From contig CAWEHK010000035.1 of the NCBI GenBank assembly GCA_963808625.1, positions 46,489 through 110,488 on the forward strand: a stretch of 64,000 nucleotides of DNA, in the 5' to 3' direction. The stretch comes from an uncultured delta proteobacterium. GTDB lineage: Bacteria; Desulfobacterota; Syntrophobacteria; Syntrophobacterales; Syntrophobacteraceae. Below are positions 20,372 to 32,382 of this stretch, piece after piece. Under the pieces are notes generated by a model, which saw nothing but the letters and a program-made list of their open reading frames with translations, ran no database searches and had not been told where the DNA came from. Positions within the stretch are counted from its first letter, which is position 1. Each line of letters opens with the position of its first letter. A program made the translations under genes and the position numbers.

Positions 20372-20488
20372 GCGTTCCCAAGCTGGAGCTTGGGAACGAG
20401 CGTAACTTATCGTTTTCTCTGTGTCCTCTGTGGTGAATGTTTGGTTGCGGCTTTTGGTTGCGCTGTGCATCCAGTGGAAGGAACAACC

Positions 20489-23400
20489 ATGAAGAAGATG
20501 ATGCTCTTGGCGGTAATCACCTGGGCGTTTCTGAACGGCAGCCTTGCCGCTCTGGCAGGGGTTCCGGATACGAACACCATTCCGTCGGAACTCGAGAGAT
20601 GGAAACCGTGGGTGCTGCATGGCAAGGAGGCGCACTTCTGCCCGATCACCTACAATAACGGGGAAGCCTTCCAATGTCTTTGGCAGTCGCGGTTGCAGCT
20701 TGCGCTGGATCAGCAGGGGGGCCGTTTCACTCAGGAATGGCAGGTCTTCGTTAAGGAGTGGGTGGTCCTGCCGGGAGGTCCGAACCTCTGGCCCCGCGAG
20801 GTTAAGGTCGACGGGAAGGCCGTTCCGGTGGTCGCGCGCAACGATCTCCCCATGGTGCTCCTCGCGCCCGGAAGACACGCCGTCGAAGGTTCCTTCAAGT
20901 GGGGCGAAATGCCGGAAATGATCAATGTCCCTGCGGCAAGCGGCCTGGTCTCGCTTTCCATCAATGGTCAGGCAACGAGGCTGCCGCTTCTTGACGATGC
21001 CGGTCGCCTCTGGTTGCAGCAGCGTGCTGCTGCGGGGAGTCAGGAAGACCGGATGGAGGTCAGGATTTATCGGCTGCTTGACGACACCATCCCGATGCAG
21101 GTGACCAATCTCGTGAAGATCAATATCTCGGGGCAGGCCCGGGAAGTGAAGCTGGATGGCATCCTGCTCGAAAGAGCTTTGCCCCTGAGCATGCAGAGCC
21201 TGCTTCCGGCAAGACTCGGCCCGTCCGGTGAATTGTTGCTTCAGGCCCGTCCCGGCCAATGGGAAGTCCGGATCGTGACGCGTTTCGATGACCCGATTCG
21301 GGAGCTCGGGCCCGTAAGGGGAACCTATGGGCAGGAAGTGTGGGCCTTCGCGGCGCAGAATCAACTGCGCATGGTTCAAATCGATGGGGTGCCCGGAGTC
21401 GACCCTAAACAGACGGACGCTCCGAAGGAATGGGAAAAGTATCCCACCTTCATTGTGCAGCCCGGTGTGGTGATGGTCTTTAAAGAAATCCGGCGCGGTG
21501 ATCCTGATCCGGCTCCCGATATGCTCAACCTGAAGCGCACCTGGTGGCTTGATTTTGCGGGGACCGGTTTCACGATCCGGGACCAGATTGACGGAACCAT
21601 GAGCCGACAGTGGTATCTCGCCATGAATCCGCCGGGGATTCTCGGGCGTGTGTCGGTGGATGGAGCAGACCAGCTCATCACCAGCCAGGGGCCGGAAAAG
21701 AAACCCGGCGTGGAACTCCGCAAGGGGCGGTTGGATCTGGTAGCGGAATCCAGATATGAAGCATCGTGCCAAATGCTTCCTGCGGTTGGTTGGGACCACG
21801 ACTTTCAGTCCGTTTCGGGAGTGCTCAATCTGCCTCCAGGGTGGCGGCTCCTGACCGCCAGCGGCGTGGACGTCATGCCGGGGACCTGGTTTGAGCAGTG
21901 GACCCTCCTGGACCTCTTTCTGGTATTGATCATTGCGCTGGCGGTGTTCAAATTGTGGAACACCCGCTGGGGCCTGCTGGCTCTGGCAACGCTTGCCCTC
22001 ACCTACCATGAGCCGGGGGCGCCGCGGATGGTCTGGCTCTGCCTGCTGGCCGCCCTGGCCTTGCTGCGCTTTCTCCCGGTAGGATGGGCGAGGAGATGGG
22101 TGGGCGTCTTCCGCCTGGTGGCTCTGGTTTCCCTGCTGGTGATCGCGATTCCCTTTATGGTGCAACAAATCCGCTGGGGGATTTACCCCCAACTGGAAAC
22201 TCCAAGGGCGAGTCGGGGCTTCGTGGCGGACCTGGTGGGGCTGGCACCGGCGCCCCAAATCCTGGAAGAAAAAGCAGAGGCTCCGGCGCCTGCGGCACGG
22301 AAACGCACGGCAGCCGCTCCTGCTCGATTGCCGACAGAAGGCGCCGCCGACATGCCTGACGTCCTCAAGGAAAAAACCGCCCTCACTCAAGATCCCAAAG
22401 CCCTGATCCAAACCGGCCCCGGTCTCCCCACCTGGTCCTGGCGTGCCATTGCCATGAAGTGGAATGGTCCCGTAGCCCGGAGTCAGGAAGTTCGCCTCTG
22501 GCTGATGTCGCCTGCGGTGAACCTGATTCTGGCGTTTCTGCGGGTGGTGCTGCTGGCGCTTCTGGTCTTTCGGATGCTCGACCTTCGTCACTGGAAGGAA
22601 CGCGGCAGAACGTTGAACCTCTCGGCTGGGATACTATTCGCTTTGCTCTTCCTGCCGCAAGGGGTGAACGCAGACAACTCCGGCATCAGTTTTCCCCCAC
22701 CGGAACTCCTTCAGCAACTTCAGGACCGCCTTCTGGAACCGCCGGACTGCCTGCCCAACTGTGCGGAAAGCCCCAGCATGGAGGTTGATTTGACGGCGGA
22801 AGGTTTGCGGGTCCTGTTCCAAATTCACGCCGCGACGGAAACGGCTGTGCCTCTGCCAGGGAACACCAAAGCCTGGCTGCCGGAAAAGGTGCTTCTGAAT
22901 GATCAACCTGCCGACGGGCTCATGCGGGACAAGGATGGACTGCTGTGGATGCTCATTCCCGCAGGCGTCCACAACGTGACGTTGAGTGGCAAAGCCCCGG
23001 CTGGGGATACCTTCCAACTGCCGCTGCCGCTAAGACCTCGTCAGGCGAAGGTGGTCAGCCCCGGTTGGGACGTTCAGGGTCTCCACCGGGACGGGCAAGT
23101 CGAAGCCAGCATTCAACTGACTCGTCAAAGGAAAGAAGACTCACGGACGGAGGATTGGACGGGAAACGCCGTGCCGCCCTTTCTCCGCATCGAACGGGAG
23201 TTGTCGCTGGGATTGAGTTGGCAGGTTTTCACGACCGTGCGACGGGTGACACCGGCGGGGACACCTGTCGTTGCGGCGGTGCCGCTGCTTGCCGGAGAAT
23301 CGGTAACAACCTCCGGAATCCGTGTGGCTGACGGCAAGGCGCTCATCAATATGGAGCCCGGCACGAGCGAGATCACGTGGAATGCGACGCTGGAGCGTCA

Positions 23401-24568
23401 GCCTGAGCTCCGGTTGCAGGCCACTTCCGGCGATGGTGGGGTTTCGTGGAGCGAAACCTGGATTTTGGATGCCAGCCCGATATGGCATTGCGAACTGGCA
23501 GGAATTCCGGTGATTCACCATCAGGACCGGGCGGGATTCTGGAAACCCCAGTGGCAGCCCTGGCCGGGGGAAAGCGTTACGATCACGGTGACGCGACCGG
23601 AAGCCATTCCCGGACAGCTGGTTACCATCGACGAGGCCCGGCTGCTGTTAGTTCCCGGGGAGCGCTTCAACAAGGAAAGTCTGGCGCTTACCATCCGCAC
23701 CAGCCAGGGCGGACAGCACAGCATCACTCTGCCTCGGGAGGCAAACCTTCAGCAGGTACAGATCAATGGCAAAACGCAACCCATCAAGCAGCAGGGAAGG
23801 GCGGTTATGGTGCCCTTGCAGCCGGGAGCTCAGAACGTCTCCCTGGAATGGCATCAGGATCGAACGGCTTCAGTCTTGACGGTGGGGCCCGAGGTGGAGG
23901 TGGGTGGTGCGGAACAACGTGCGGTCAACGCGAACGTGACGTTCAATATGGAAAATAACCGGTGGATTTTATGGACGGGGGGACCCAGGCTGGGACCGGC
24001 GGTGTTGTTTTGGAGCTACCTGCTGGCAGTCATTCTGGCCGCTTTCGGGCTGGGAAAAATCCCGTGGACGCCTCTCAAAACCCACCACTGGCTCTTGCTG
24101 GGTTTGGGACTCACGCAGGTGGAACCGCTCGTGGCCATCATGATCGTTGGCTGGCTGCTGGCTCTTGGTTTGCGAGAGCGATATTCCTTTCTGGAAGGCT
24201 CGGTCTATTTCAATTTGATCCAGTTGATGCTGGTGGCCTGGACCGTGGCGGCCATGGGAGGCCTGTACCTTTCCATTGAAAAAGGCCTGCTTGGAATTCC
24301 AAATATGCAGATTGCCGGCAACGGATCATCGGATTTCGTGCTCCACTGGACTCATGATCGCATCGGTTCGACCATGCCCCAGCCCTGGGTGCTGTCCCTG
24401 CCGATGTTCGTGTACCGCATCCTGATGCTCGTGTGGGCGCTGTGGCTGGTGCAGGCCTTGCTCAGATGGCTGAGTTGGGGATGGCAATGCTTCAGCAAAG
24501 GAGGATTGTGGCGCAAGGTATCTTTGCGCCACGTCAAACAGCACCCCGGAGGGCACAACGAAGCATGA
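20489..24568 (+). CDS. Large exported/membrane protein of unknown function with internal duplication (about 1360 aa)
   Basis: Signal peptide MKKMMLLAV..., two similar beta-rich soluble halves each followed by a TM bundle. Confidence 0.85.
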   Translation: MKKMMLLAVITWAFLNGSLAALAGVPDTNTIPSELERWKPWVLHGKEAHFCPITYNNGEAFQCLWQSRLQLALDQQGGRFTQEWQVFVKEWVVLPGGPNLWPREVKVDGKAVPVVARNDLPMVLLAPGRHAVEGSFKWGEMPEMINVPAASGLVSLSINGQATRLPLLDDAGRLWLQQRAAAGSQEDRMEVRIYRLLDDTIPMQVTNLVKINISGQAREVKLDGILLERALPLSMQSLLPARLGPSGELLLQARPGQWEVRIVTRFDDPIRELGPVRGTYGQEVWAFAAQNQLRMVQIDGVPGVDPKQTDAPKEWEKYPTFIVQPGVVMVFKEIRRGDPDPAPDMLNLKRTWWLDFAGTGFTIRDQIDGTMSRQWYLAMNPPGILGRVSVDGADQLITSQGPEKKPGVELRKGRLDLVAESRYEASCQMLPAVGWDHDFQSVSGVLNLPPGWRLLTASGVDVMPGTWFEQWTLLDLFLVLIIALAVFKLWNTRWGLLALATLALTYHEPGAPRMVWLCLLAALALLRFLPVGWARRWVGVFRLVALVSLLVIAIPFMVQQIRWGIYPQLETPRASRGFVADLVGLAPAPQILEEKAEAPAPAARKRTAAAPARLPTEGAADMPDVLKEKTALTQDPKALIQTGPGLPTWSWRAIAMKWNGPVARSQEVRLWLMSPAVNLILAFLRVVLLALLVFRMLDLRHWKERGRTLNLSAGILFALLFLPQGVNADNSGISFPPPELLQQLQDRLLEPPDCLPNCAESPSMEVDLTAEGLRVLFQIHAATETAVPLPGNTKAWLPEKVLLNDQPADGLMRDKDGLLWMLIPAGVHNVTLSGKAPAGDTFQLPLPLRPRQAKVVSPGWDVQGLHRDGQVEASIQLTRQRKEDSRTEDWTGNAVPPFLRIERELSLGLSWQVFTTVRRVTPAGTPVVAAVPLLAGESVTTSGIRVADGKALINMEPGTSEITWNATLERQPELRLQATSGDGGVSWSETWILDASPIWHCELAGIPVIHHQDRAGFWKPQWQPWPGESVTITVTRPEAIPGQLVTIDEARLLLVPGERFNKESLALTIRTSQGGQHSITLPREANLQQVQINGKTQPIKQQGRAVMVPLQPGAQNVSLEWHQDRTASVLTVGPEVEVGGAEQRAVNANVTFNMENNRWILWTGGPRLGPAVLFWSYLLAVILAAFGLGKIPWTPLKTHHWLLLGLGLTQVEPLVAIMIVGWLLALGLRERYSFLEGSVYFNLIQLMLVAWTVAAMGGLYLSIEKGLLGIPNMQIAGNGSSDFVLHWTHDRIGSTMPQPWVLSLPMFVYRILMLVWALWLVQALLRWLSWGWQCFSKGGLWRKVSLRHVKQHPGGHNEA

Positions 24569-25686
24569 GGACAGGAGATTCCCGACCCTTGGTTCATCTT
24601 GCTGCGGCTGCCGACCAGTTCGTCCCGCAGGGCCGGGTGGTCCACATCCAGGAATATGGCAAGGGCAATGTCCATGACACTTTCCTGGTAACCCTGGAAT
24701 CAGAAGGAGATGAGCATTTCCTCCTGCAGCGCATGAACCGGCACGTCTTTCCTCAGCCGGACCTGGTCATGAGGAACCTGCGCATCTACACCGAGCATGC
24801 GCGCAAGCGCCTGGATCGAGCTCCTCTGAATTCCGGGCGCCGCTGGGAGACGCCGCGTGTGCTTTTGACAGACGATGGCCGGGACCATTGGCTCGACCCC
24901 GAGAGGTCGTTCTGGCGCGCGCTCAGCTTCATTGAGGCGGCGCAGTCGTTTGACACCATCCAGGATATGGAGCATGCAAGAGAAGTCGGCACGGCGTTGG
25001 GCATGTTCCACCGTCTCATCAACGACCTGCCCACCGAAAGTCTGGTCGATACCCTGGAAGGGTTCCACATAGCGCCCCGCTATCTTTGCCACTATGACGA
25101 AGTTCTGGCGAAAAATGTTGTGCGCCGGACTCCCGAAGTCGATTACTGCGCGCAATTTGTGAACGAGCGAAGGGCCTTCGTGCCCGTGCTCGAATCCGCC
25201 AAAGCCCGGGGCCGACTGCGTCTTCGCCCCATTCACGGCGATCCCAAGGTCAACAACGTCATGATCGACAACGCCACCGGGCAGGCCGTGAGCATCATCG
25301 ACCTGGACACGATTAAGCCCGGACTGGTGCATTATGATATCGGCGACTGCCTGCGGTCGTGCTGCAATCCCCTGGGAGAAGAAACCGAGCGGTGGGAGCT
25401 GGTGCGCTTTGAACCCGACCTGTGCCGGACCATTTTGCAGGGCTATCTCGCGTTGGCACACGCGTTCCTCACCGCCAACGACCATGAATATCTGTTTGAT
25501 GCGATCCGTCTGATCGCTTTCGAACTTGGCCTTAGGTTCTTTACCGACTATCTGGAAGGCAGTGTGTACTTCAAGGCCAGGCGCCCGGAACACAATCTTG
25601 CTAGGGCGTTGGTTCAATTCAAACTCTGCGAGAGTATCGAAGCTCAGGAAAAAACCATTCGTGCCGTCATCCAGGACACGCGATGA
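24565..25686 (+). CDS. APH-family phosphotransferase (N-acetylhexosamine kinase-like)
   Basis: G-GNVHDTF, HGDPKVNN, IDLDT, YDIGD-LRS; ATGA overlap with the upstream gene. Confidence 0.88.
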   Translation: MRTGDSRPLVHLAAAADQFVPQGRVVHIQEYGKGNVHDTFLVTLESEGDEHFLLQRMNRHVFPQPDLVMRNLRIYTEHARKRLDRAPLNSGRRWETPRVLLTDDGRDHWLDPERSFWRALSFIEAAQSFDTIQDMEHAREVGTALGMFHRLINDLPTESLVDTLEGFHIAPRYLCHYDEVLAKNVVRRTPEVDYCAQFVNERRAFVPVLESAKARGRLRLRPIHGDPKVNNVMIDNATGQAVSIIDLDTIKPGLVHYDIGDCLRSCCNPLGEETERWELVRFEPDLCRTILQGYLALAHAFLTANDHEYLFDAIRLIAFELGLRFFTDYLEGSVYFKARRPEHNLARALVQFKLCESIEAQEKTIRAVIQDTR

Positions 25687-26246
25687 ATGCCCAGAGCTTT
25701 TCTCTCAAAGCATTTCCTTCCACCAAACCGCTATCCGATCTAAAGATCAGCGGCTGCATTGCCCGGCACTCCAACACCCTCGCCGTCCGATATACCCTCA
25801 ACGGCGCACTGGCGGAACTCGATATTCCCGCTCCGGCAGACGTACCCGCCCGCACCAACGGTCTGTGGGAGGAAACCTGTTTCGAGTGCTTTCTCGCCGC
25901 CAAGGATTTCTCCCCGTACTGGGAATGTAACCTTTCGCCGGCCGGGCACTGGAATGTGTATCGTTTTGCGGCCTATCGCCAGGGGATGGAAGAGGAAAAG
26001 GCCTTCACCGTGCTTCCGTTTCGCATCGAGCGTCAGGTGGATGCGTTATTGCTGGCCCTGGAGTTCGATCTGAGCAAAATCATCCCGCTGGACCGAGCCC
26101 TGGCGGTTGCTGTCAGCACCGTCATCAAACACCGGAACGGCAGGCTGACCTACTGGGCGCTGACCCATCCGGGTCCGCGGCCGGATTTCCACCGGCGAGA
26201 CAGCTTCGTCATTGAACTGCAAAACCCGACTATCGAGAGTCGATAA
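25683..26246 (+). CDS. DOMON-like domain protein
   Basis: LWEETCFE-F, YWE-NLSP-GHWNVYRF, YWAL-H---PDFH; ATGA overlap. Confidence 0.8.
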   Translation: MNAQSFSLKAFPSTKPLSDLKISGCIARHSNTLAVRYTLNGALAELDIPAPADVPARTNGLWEETCFECFLAAKDFSPYWECNLSPAGHWNVYRFAAYRQGMEEEKAFTVLPFRIERQVDALLLALEFDLSKIIPLDRALAVAVSTVIKHRNGRLTYWALTHPGPRPDFHRRDSFVIELQNPTIESR

Positions 26247-26264
26247 GCAACTTGGAGGTGAGCG

Positions 26265-28758
26265 ATGCAGCAGCCGGATTCCTGTTCCCCAGATCCGATA
26301 TCAGCCACGCGGAGAGACGTAAGAACGGGTCACTCTCCGGACATTTTAAAGCAGGCGCTTTTGGACAATCTCTATTGCCTCCGGGGAAGGCTCCCGGAAA
26401 ATGCTGCCACCAATGACTGGTATATGGCCCTGGCGTATACCGTACGCGACCACATGCTGGAGGCATGGATCAAGACGTTCCAACGTTACCACATGAAAGA
26501 CGTGCGGATTGTGAGCTATCTTTCCGCTGAATTTCTCATGGGTCCACACCTGGGCAATAACCTCATCAACCTCGATCTTTTTGAACCCATGCGGGAGGCG
26601 GTTGCCGGCCTCGGGCTGGAGCTGGAGCAGCTCATCGCCCACGAGGTCGAACCGGGGCTTGGTAACGGCGGGCTCGGCAGGCTGGCCGCCTGTTATCTCG
26701 ATTCCCTGGCAACCCTCCAGGTCCCGGCAATCGGCTATGGAATCCGCTACGAATTCGGGATTTTCGAGCAGACCATTCAAGATGGCTGGCAGGTGGAGGT
26801 GACCGACAAATGGTTGCGCCTGGATAATCCCTGGGAAATCCACCGCCCCGAGATCACGGTCAACGTCAAGCTTGGCGGGCACACCGAAGCGTATCACGAC
26901 AGCGAAGGCCGTTACCGGGTAAGCTGGATACCCCATCGCGTGGTAAAGGGGGAAGCTTATGATACCCCGGTGGTCGGCTACGCAGGTACCGCCGTCAACA
27001 TGCTGCGTTTGTGGCGGGCGGAGGCGGTCGAATCCTTTGATTTTCAGTGCTTTAACGTCGGCGACTACTACGGTGCTGTGGAAGAGAAGGTGTTTTCGGA
27101 GAATCTGACCAAGGTCCTCTATCCCAATGATGAACCCCTGCAGGGAAAACAGCTTCGTCTCGAACAGCAGTACTTCCTCGTATCCTGTGCCTTGCAGGAT
27201 ATCATCAGGATTCAAAGCCTGACCGGGAATGATCTGTGTGACTGCCACCGGACCTTTACGGTTCAGCTCAACGACACTCATCCCTCGCTCGCGGTGGCGG
27301 AATGGATGCGGCTGCTGGTGGATGAGCATCAAATGGGCTGGGAACAGGCATGGGAGATTACCCGGAACACTTTTGCCTACACCAATCACACGCTGCTTCC
27401 GGAAGCGCTGGAAAAGTGGCCGCTGCCGCTCTTTGGCAGCCTTCTCCCCAGGCACCTCGAGATCATTTATGAAATCAACCGGCGTTTCCTCGATGAGGTG
27501 CGGTTGCGCCATCCGGGGGATGATCAGAAAATTGCGCGGCTGTCGCTCATCGATGAAACCGGCGAAAAGCATGTCCGCATGGCGCACCTGGCCTGCGTCG
27601 GCAGTCATGCCGTAAACGGCGTTGCGGCGCTCCATACGGAATTGCTGAAGCGGGACCTGCTGCGCGATTTTTATGAGCTCTACCCGGAGCGGTTCCATAA
27701 CATCACCAACGGGGTGACGCCGCGGCGTTGGATGGTCCTCTGCAATCCCAGACTGGCGGACCTGATCAGCCGCAAGATCGGAAAGGGGTGGGTGCGCCGC
27801 CTGGAGGAGGATCTCAAGCAGACTGGAGCCCTTTGCGGACGACCCCGAGTTCCGCGATGCATGGCGTCGGATCAAGCTGCAAAATAAGCGCGACCTGGCG
27901 CTTCTCATCAAAGAGCGAACCGGGGTCGCGGTCAATCCCGAGACGCTGTTTGACGTCCAGGTGAAGCGCCTGCACGAATACAAGCGGCAGCACCTGAATG
28001 TGCTCCACATCATCACCTCGTACCGGAGGATTAAGCTGAATCCGGGCCTGGAGGTTACGCCTCGGACGGTCATTTTTGGCGGTAAGGCGGCCCCCGGATA
28101 TTTCCTGGCGAAACTGATCATAAAGCTGATCCACTCGGTGGCCGAGGTGGTGAACAACGACCGGGATATCGCCGAGCGCCTCAAAGTCGTGTTCTTCCCC
28201 GATCTCAATGTCAAAAACGGCCAGTACATTTACCCGGCCGCTGACCTTTCCGAACAAATCTCCACGGCGGGAAAAGAAGCCTCGGGTACCGGCAATATGA
28301 AGTTCGCCATGAATGGGGCGTTGACCATCGGGACCCTGGACGGAGCCAACGTTGAGGTCCGCGAGGAGGTGGGGGCCGAGAACTTCTTCCTCTTCGGCCT
28401 GACTGCCGGGGAAGTCCATGACCTGAAAGCCAATGGCTACAACCCCATGGACTTTTACCATGGCAACCCCGAGTTGCGGGAGGCTATCGACCTCATTCGT
28501 TCCGGGTTTTTCTCGCGCGGCGACCGCGATCTCTTCAAACCGCTTGTTGACTCGCTCCTATATCATGATGAGTATTTGGTCCTCGCCGATTATCAGGCGT
28601 ATATCGAGTGCCACGAACGGGTGAACCGGGCTTTTGGCGACCCCGATCACTGGACGCGCATGTCGATTCTCAACGTAACGCGCATGGGGAAGTTCTCTTC
28701 AGACCGCGCCATCAGGGAATACTGTGAGAAGATTTGGCAGGTGAAGCCGGGGAGTTGA
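26265..28758 (+). CDS. glgP: Glycogen/starch phosphorylase, one frameshift near 27820
   Basis: [43 protein letters not shown] (PLP lysine). Confidence 0.93.
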
Positions 28759-29039
28759 TGGCGGATAGTTGATGGTTGACAGCCAACCGCGAAGAGCCAA
28801 TCGCACCAAATTTCAGTGCTCTGGCCAAAACGCAGGGATTAATTCTTCATACCAGTGCGACCATTCGTCCCCAAAGAAAACTGGTGTGAGCCCCCGGCCA
28901 AAACGCCTGCGGGACCTGAGTCAGCAAAGGACAAAACGCTGCCTGAAGAGGCCAAGCAGGGGTAAGGCACTTTTCTGACACCGTGGCTGTCTAAGAATCG
29001 ATAATCTTTTCACCCAGGTCGCGGAAGGGCCAAATCAAT

Positions 29040-29153
29040 CCCCCATCCCCCATCCGCAATCCGCAATCCGCAGTCCGCAATCCGAAATCCGAAATCCGCA
29101 ATCCCCCATCCCCCATCCTCCATCCGCAATCCGCAATCCGAAATCCGCAATCC
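29040..29153. repeat. Heptamer tandem repeats (CCGCAAT/CCGAAAT/CCCCCAT)
   Basis: Directly visible array abutting the ndk stop codon. Confidence 0.9.
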
Positions 29154-29154
29154 G

Positions 29155-29898
29155 TCACCACTCGACTGATACCTTGCGGTTGACGAGATGTTTGGCCACT
29201 ATGGTTTGAAGAGAACAGGGGGCCGGCAATCTCTGAGAAATCAATTGGAGGGCCTGCAAATCCGATTCCCAGACGACATCACCCGGGGCGAGCAAACAGA
29301 GACTGCCCGGTTCATAGGTGCTAAACAGCCTGTCATCTTTGTAATAGAAATGGTCTTCGCAGTGGGTGGCGGCAAAAGCGCGCATGAAAGGCGGGATATC
29401 ATCCGGCTTGAACCAGAGTTTGATTTCGCGCTCAGCTTCCTCAAGGGATGCCGAGGCATGAATCAGGTTGTCCATGCGCTCTTCAATTTCTTCGTCTTCA
29501 GCGTTTTTCAACGGCATAATGGTGCCGAGAGAGCGGATGCATCCGGGCCTCTGCTCTCGGGCGTTATGAGGGTTCGTGGGCCCGGCTATCTCGCGAACCT
29601 TTTCAATAGCGTCCGGGCCTTGATAAACAAGGGCCATGATTCTCCGTTTATGAGGCTCCTCGGGGTAATGGAGATGACCCGTCAGGTATTCAATGAGCGA
29701 AGGATAGAACGCTTTGCCGCGATGTTCCGCGTAATGTTCCCCGGCAAGCATCCGCGTGACGTGGACCACCTTGGTGGCAGCAAACACCAGGCCGGTGTGG
29801 AACTCGGAAAGCTGTGAAAGCACATAGCCCGTCAGCGAATTCTTCATGGCGTCAGGTTTGATGAGTACCAGAGTTTGATCAAGCTCCTTATTGCGCAT
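29155..29898 (-). CDS. ndk: Nucleoside diphosphate kinase with C-terminal extension
   Basis: TLVLIKPDA, HYAEH-GK-FY, GPTNP, PG-IR, NLIHAS, EAEREI-LWF. Confidence 0.85.
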   Translation of the reverse strand: MRNKELDQTLVLIKPDAMKNSLTGYVLSQLSEFHTGLVFAATKVVHVTRMLAGEHYAEHRGKAFYPSLIEYLTGHLHYPEEPHKRRIMALVYQGPDAIEKVREIAGPTNPHNAREQRPGCIRSLGTIMPLKNAEDEEIEERMDNLIHASASLEEAEREIKLWFKPDDIPPFMRAFAATHCEDHFYYKDDRLFSTYEPGSLCLLAPGDVVWESDLQALQLISQRLPAPCSLQTIVAKHLVNRKVSVEW

Positions 29899-30318
29899 AT
29901 GAGAGCCCCTTTGCGGTTAGAAGATATCGTGGTTTCAGGCCGTAGGCAAAAAATGTGTGTCCGTGACATGCAGACCGACGCGGTTTCTGAAACCGCGTCG
30001 GTCTTCCCATCTTGGACGACTTCTTATTGCCAGGCGCCTTTGTTATGAGAAGAAGATTATGCCGCAACAGCCGCAGAACTACAAGATATCAGTTAAAAAA
30101 CTCCGCATGATCCGAAGCGGGGCGGGTGGCTGTCTGTCGCCGCGCATGAAGGCAAGCCCTGCAGCTCGGTTGCGGTAATCATCGAAGAGGTCGGAGAAGA
30201 TTGCAGGGGTTCAGGAAGTAGTATATGGTGGTTCAATCTTCATTCATTGGGTTGAGCTTTATTCGAACCGGCAAAATCGAGGGATCGCGTGGGCAAGAAA
30301 CCTGATAGGGGGAAAAAC

Positions 30319-31183
30319 GTGGAGATCATCAAGGTATGCGTTTTGGGCTCCGGCATCATGGGCGCGGGCATTGCCCAGGCAGCGGCGGAGGCCGGGTTCG
30401 ACGTTACGCTACGTGACATTGAAGATCGTTTCTTGGACAAAGGGCTGGCAACCATCAGGAAAAACCTCGAACGTGCGGTGTCCAAGGGCGAAGATGGAGG
30501 CAGCCGAGCTCGAAGCCGTTATGAGGCGCATCACAGTCACGACCGATCTCGGGATGGCCGCCGCTGACGCCCATCTGGTCATCGAAGCCGTCAGTGAAGT
30601 CATGAGCCTCAAGAAAGATGTCTTCAAAGAACTGGATGGCATGTGTCAACCCGGGACGATCCTGGCGTCCAATACCTCCGGGCTTTCCATCACCGAAATG
30701 GCGGCGGTGACCCGAAGGCCTGACCGATTCATCGGCATGCACTTCTTCAATCCCGTGCCGGTGATGAAGTTGGTGGAGCTCATTCGCGGGTTTCGTGACT
30801 TCCGATGCGACCCTTGCCGTGAGCAAGGCCTTCGTCGAAAAAATCGGGAAGACGCCCATCGAAGTCAAGGAGGCGCCCGGTTTTGCCGTCAATCGGATCC
30901 TATGTCCCATGATCAATGAGGCGATTTTCGTCTATGCCGAAGGCGTCGCTTCTGCTGAGGACATCGATCGCGCAATGGTGCTGGGCGCCAATCATCCTAT
31001 CGGACCCTTGGCTCTCGCGGACATGGTGGGCCTGGACACGCTGCTGCTCGTCCTGGAAGGACTTCATCAGGAATTGGGCGAGGACAAATACCGCCCCGCC
31101 CCTCTGCTTCGCAAAATGGTGCGCGCCGGGTATCTCGGGCGGAAAAGCGGACAAGGCTTTTACGATTATAGCAAAAGATCTAG
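30319..31183 (+). CDS. hbd: 3-hydroxybutyryl/3-hydroxyacyl-CoA dehydrogenase (frameshifted; 3' end approximate)
   Basis: [54 protein letters not shown] over three frames. Confidence 0.85.
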
Positions 31184-31214
31184 ATTACATTCAAGAACTA
31201 AGGAGGAACAGGTC

Positions 31215-32382
31215 ATGCAATACGATCTCACGGAAGAACAAGTCATTGCTCCAGAACATGGTCCGCCGGCTGGCCAAGGAGAAGGTTGCCCCGGGAGCGG
31301 GAAAGCGCGACGAAGAGGGAATATTTGCCTGGGAAATGGTGGAGCTCCTGCGTGAAAACGGACTGTACGGGATCGATTTCCCCGAGGCTTACGGCGGCTC
31401 GGACGCCGGGATGCTGGCTCTGGCCATCGCCATCGAAGAGCTGTGCAAGGTGGATGCCTCGTGCGGCCTCTGATTGCCGACCATGAACTTGGGTGCCCTG
31501 CCCATCCTCCTGGCGGCAAATGAAGCGCAGAGGGCCAGATACCTGCCCAAGCTGGCTCCGGTGAACACCTTGCCGCATTTGCCCTGACCGAGCCCGCTGC
31601 CGGCTCCGACGTGGCGCGGCTCCGCTGCCGTGCCAAGAAGGACGGCGACTCATTACATTCTGAACGGCACCAAGAACTTCATCACCAATGGCGGAGTGGC
31701 CGACGTGGTGACCGTTTATGCGGTCATCGATCCGGACAAGCCGACGCACAAGAATGCCGGGGTGTTCATCGTGGAAAAGGGAACACCGGGTTTCTCGGTG
31801 GGCAAGAAGGAAAACAAGATGGGGATCCGCTGGTCGGACACCGTGGAGCTCATTTTTGAAGACTGCCGGGTTCCGGCGGAAAACCTCCTTGGGTCGAGAG
31901 GGCGAGGGTTTTCCGATCATGATGAAGACCCTCGACTTCTCCCGCCTGCCGTGGCGGCCCAGGCCCTGGGCATCGCTGCCGGCGCCATGGAATATGCCGT
32001 TGCCTATGCCAAGGAGCGGGAGAGCTTTCGGAAAGCCCATCATCGAGCACCAGGGGATCGGTTTCAAGCTGGCGGACATGGCCATGCGCACCGAAGCCGC
32101 CCGACAGCTGCTGTACAAGACCTGCGCCATGCTGCAGGAACAGCCCAAGGATATGAGCCGCCTCGAGCCCGAATTCATCCGCATGAGCTCGATGGCCAAG
32201 TGTGTGTGCGGGGATGTGGCCATGTGGGTGGCCACCGAAGCGGTCCAGGTCCTCGGCGGCTACGGCTACATCAAGGAATACCCGGTGGAGCGCATGATGC
32301 GGGACGCCAAGATCACCCAGATCTACGAGGGCACCAACGAAATCCAGCGGATGATCATCGCTCGAAGCTCAAGGCGCGGTGA
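31215..32382 (+). CDS. Acyl-CoA dehydrogenase (multiple frameshifts; 3' end approximate)
   Basis: [54 protein letters not shown]. Confidence 0.85.

Noticed and set aside
20183..22591. 802-aa minus-strand ORF and other long antisense ORFs (26346-28229, 43833-45290, 57809-59530)
   Set aside because: Shadow frames of real high-GC genes with no recognisable motifs
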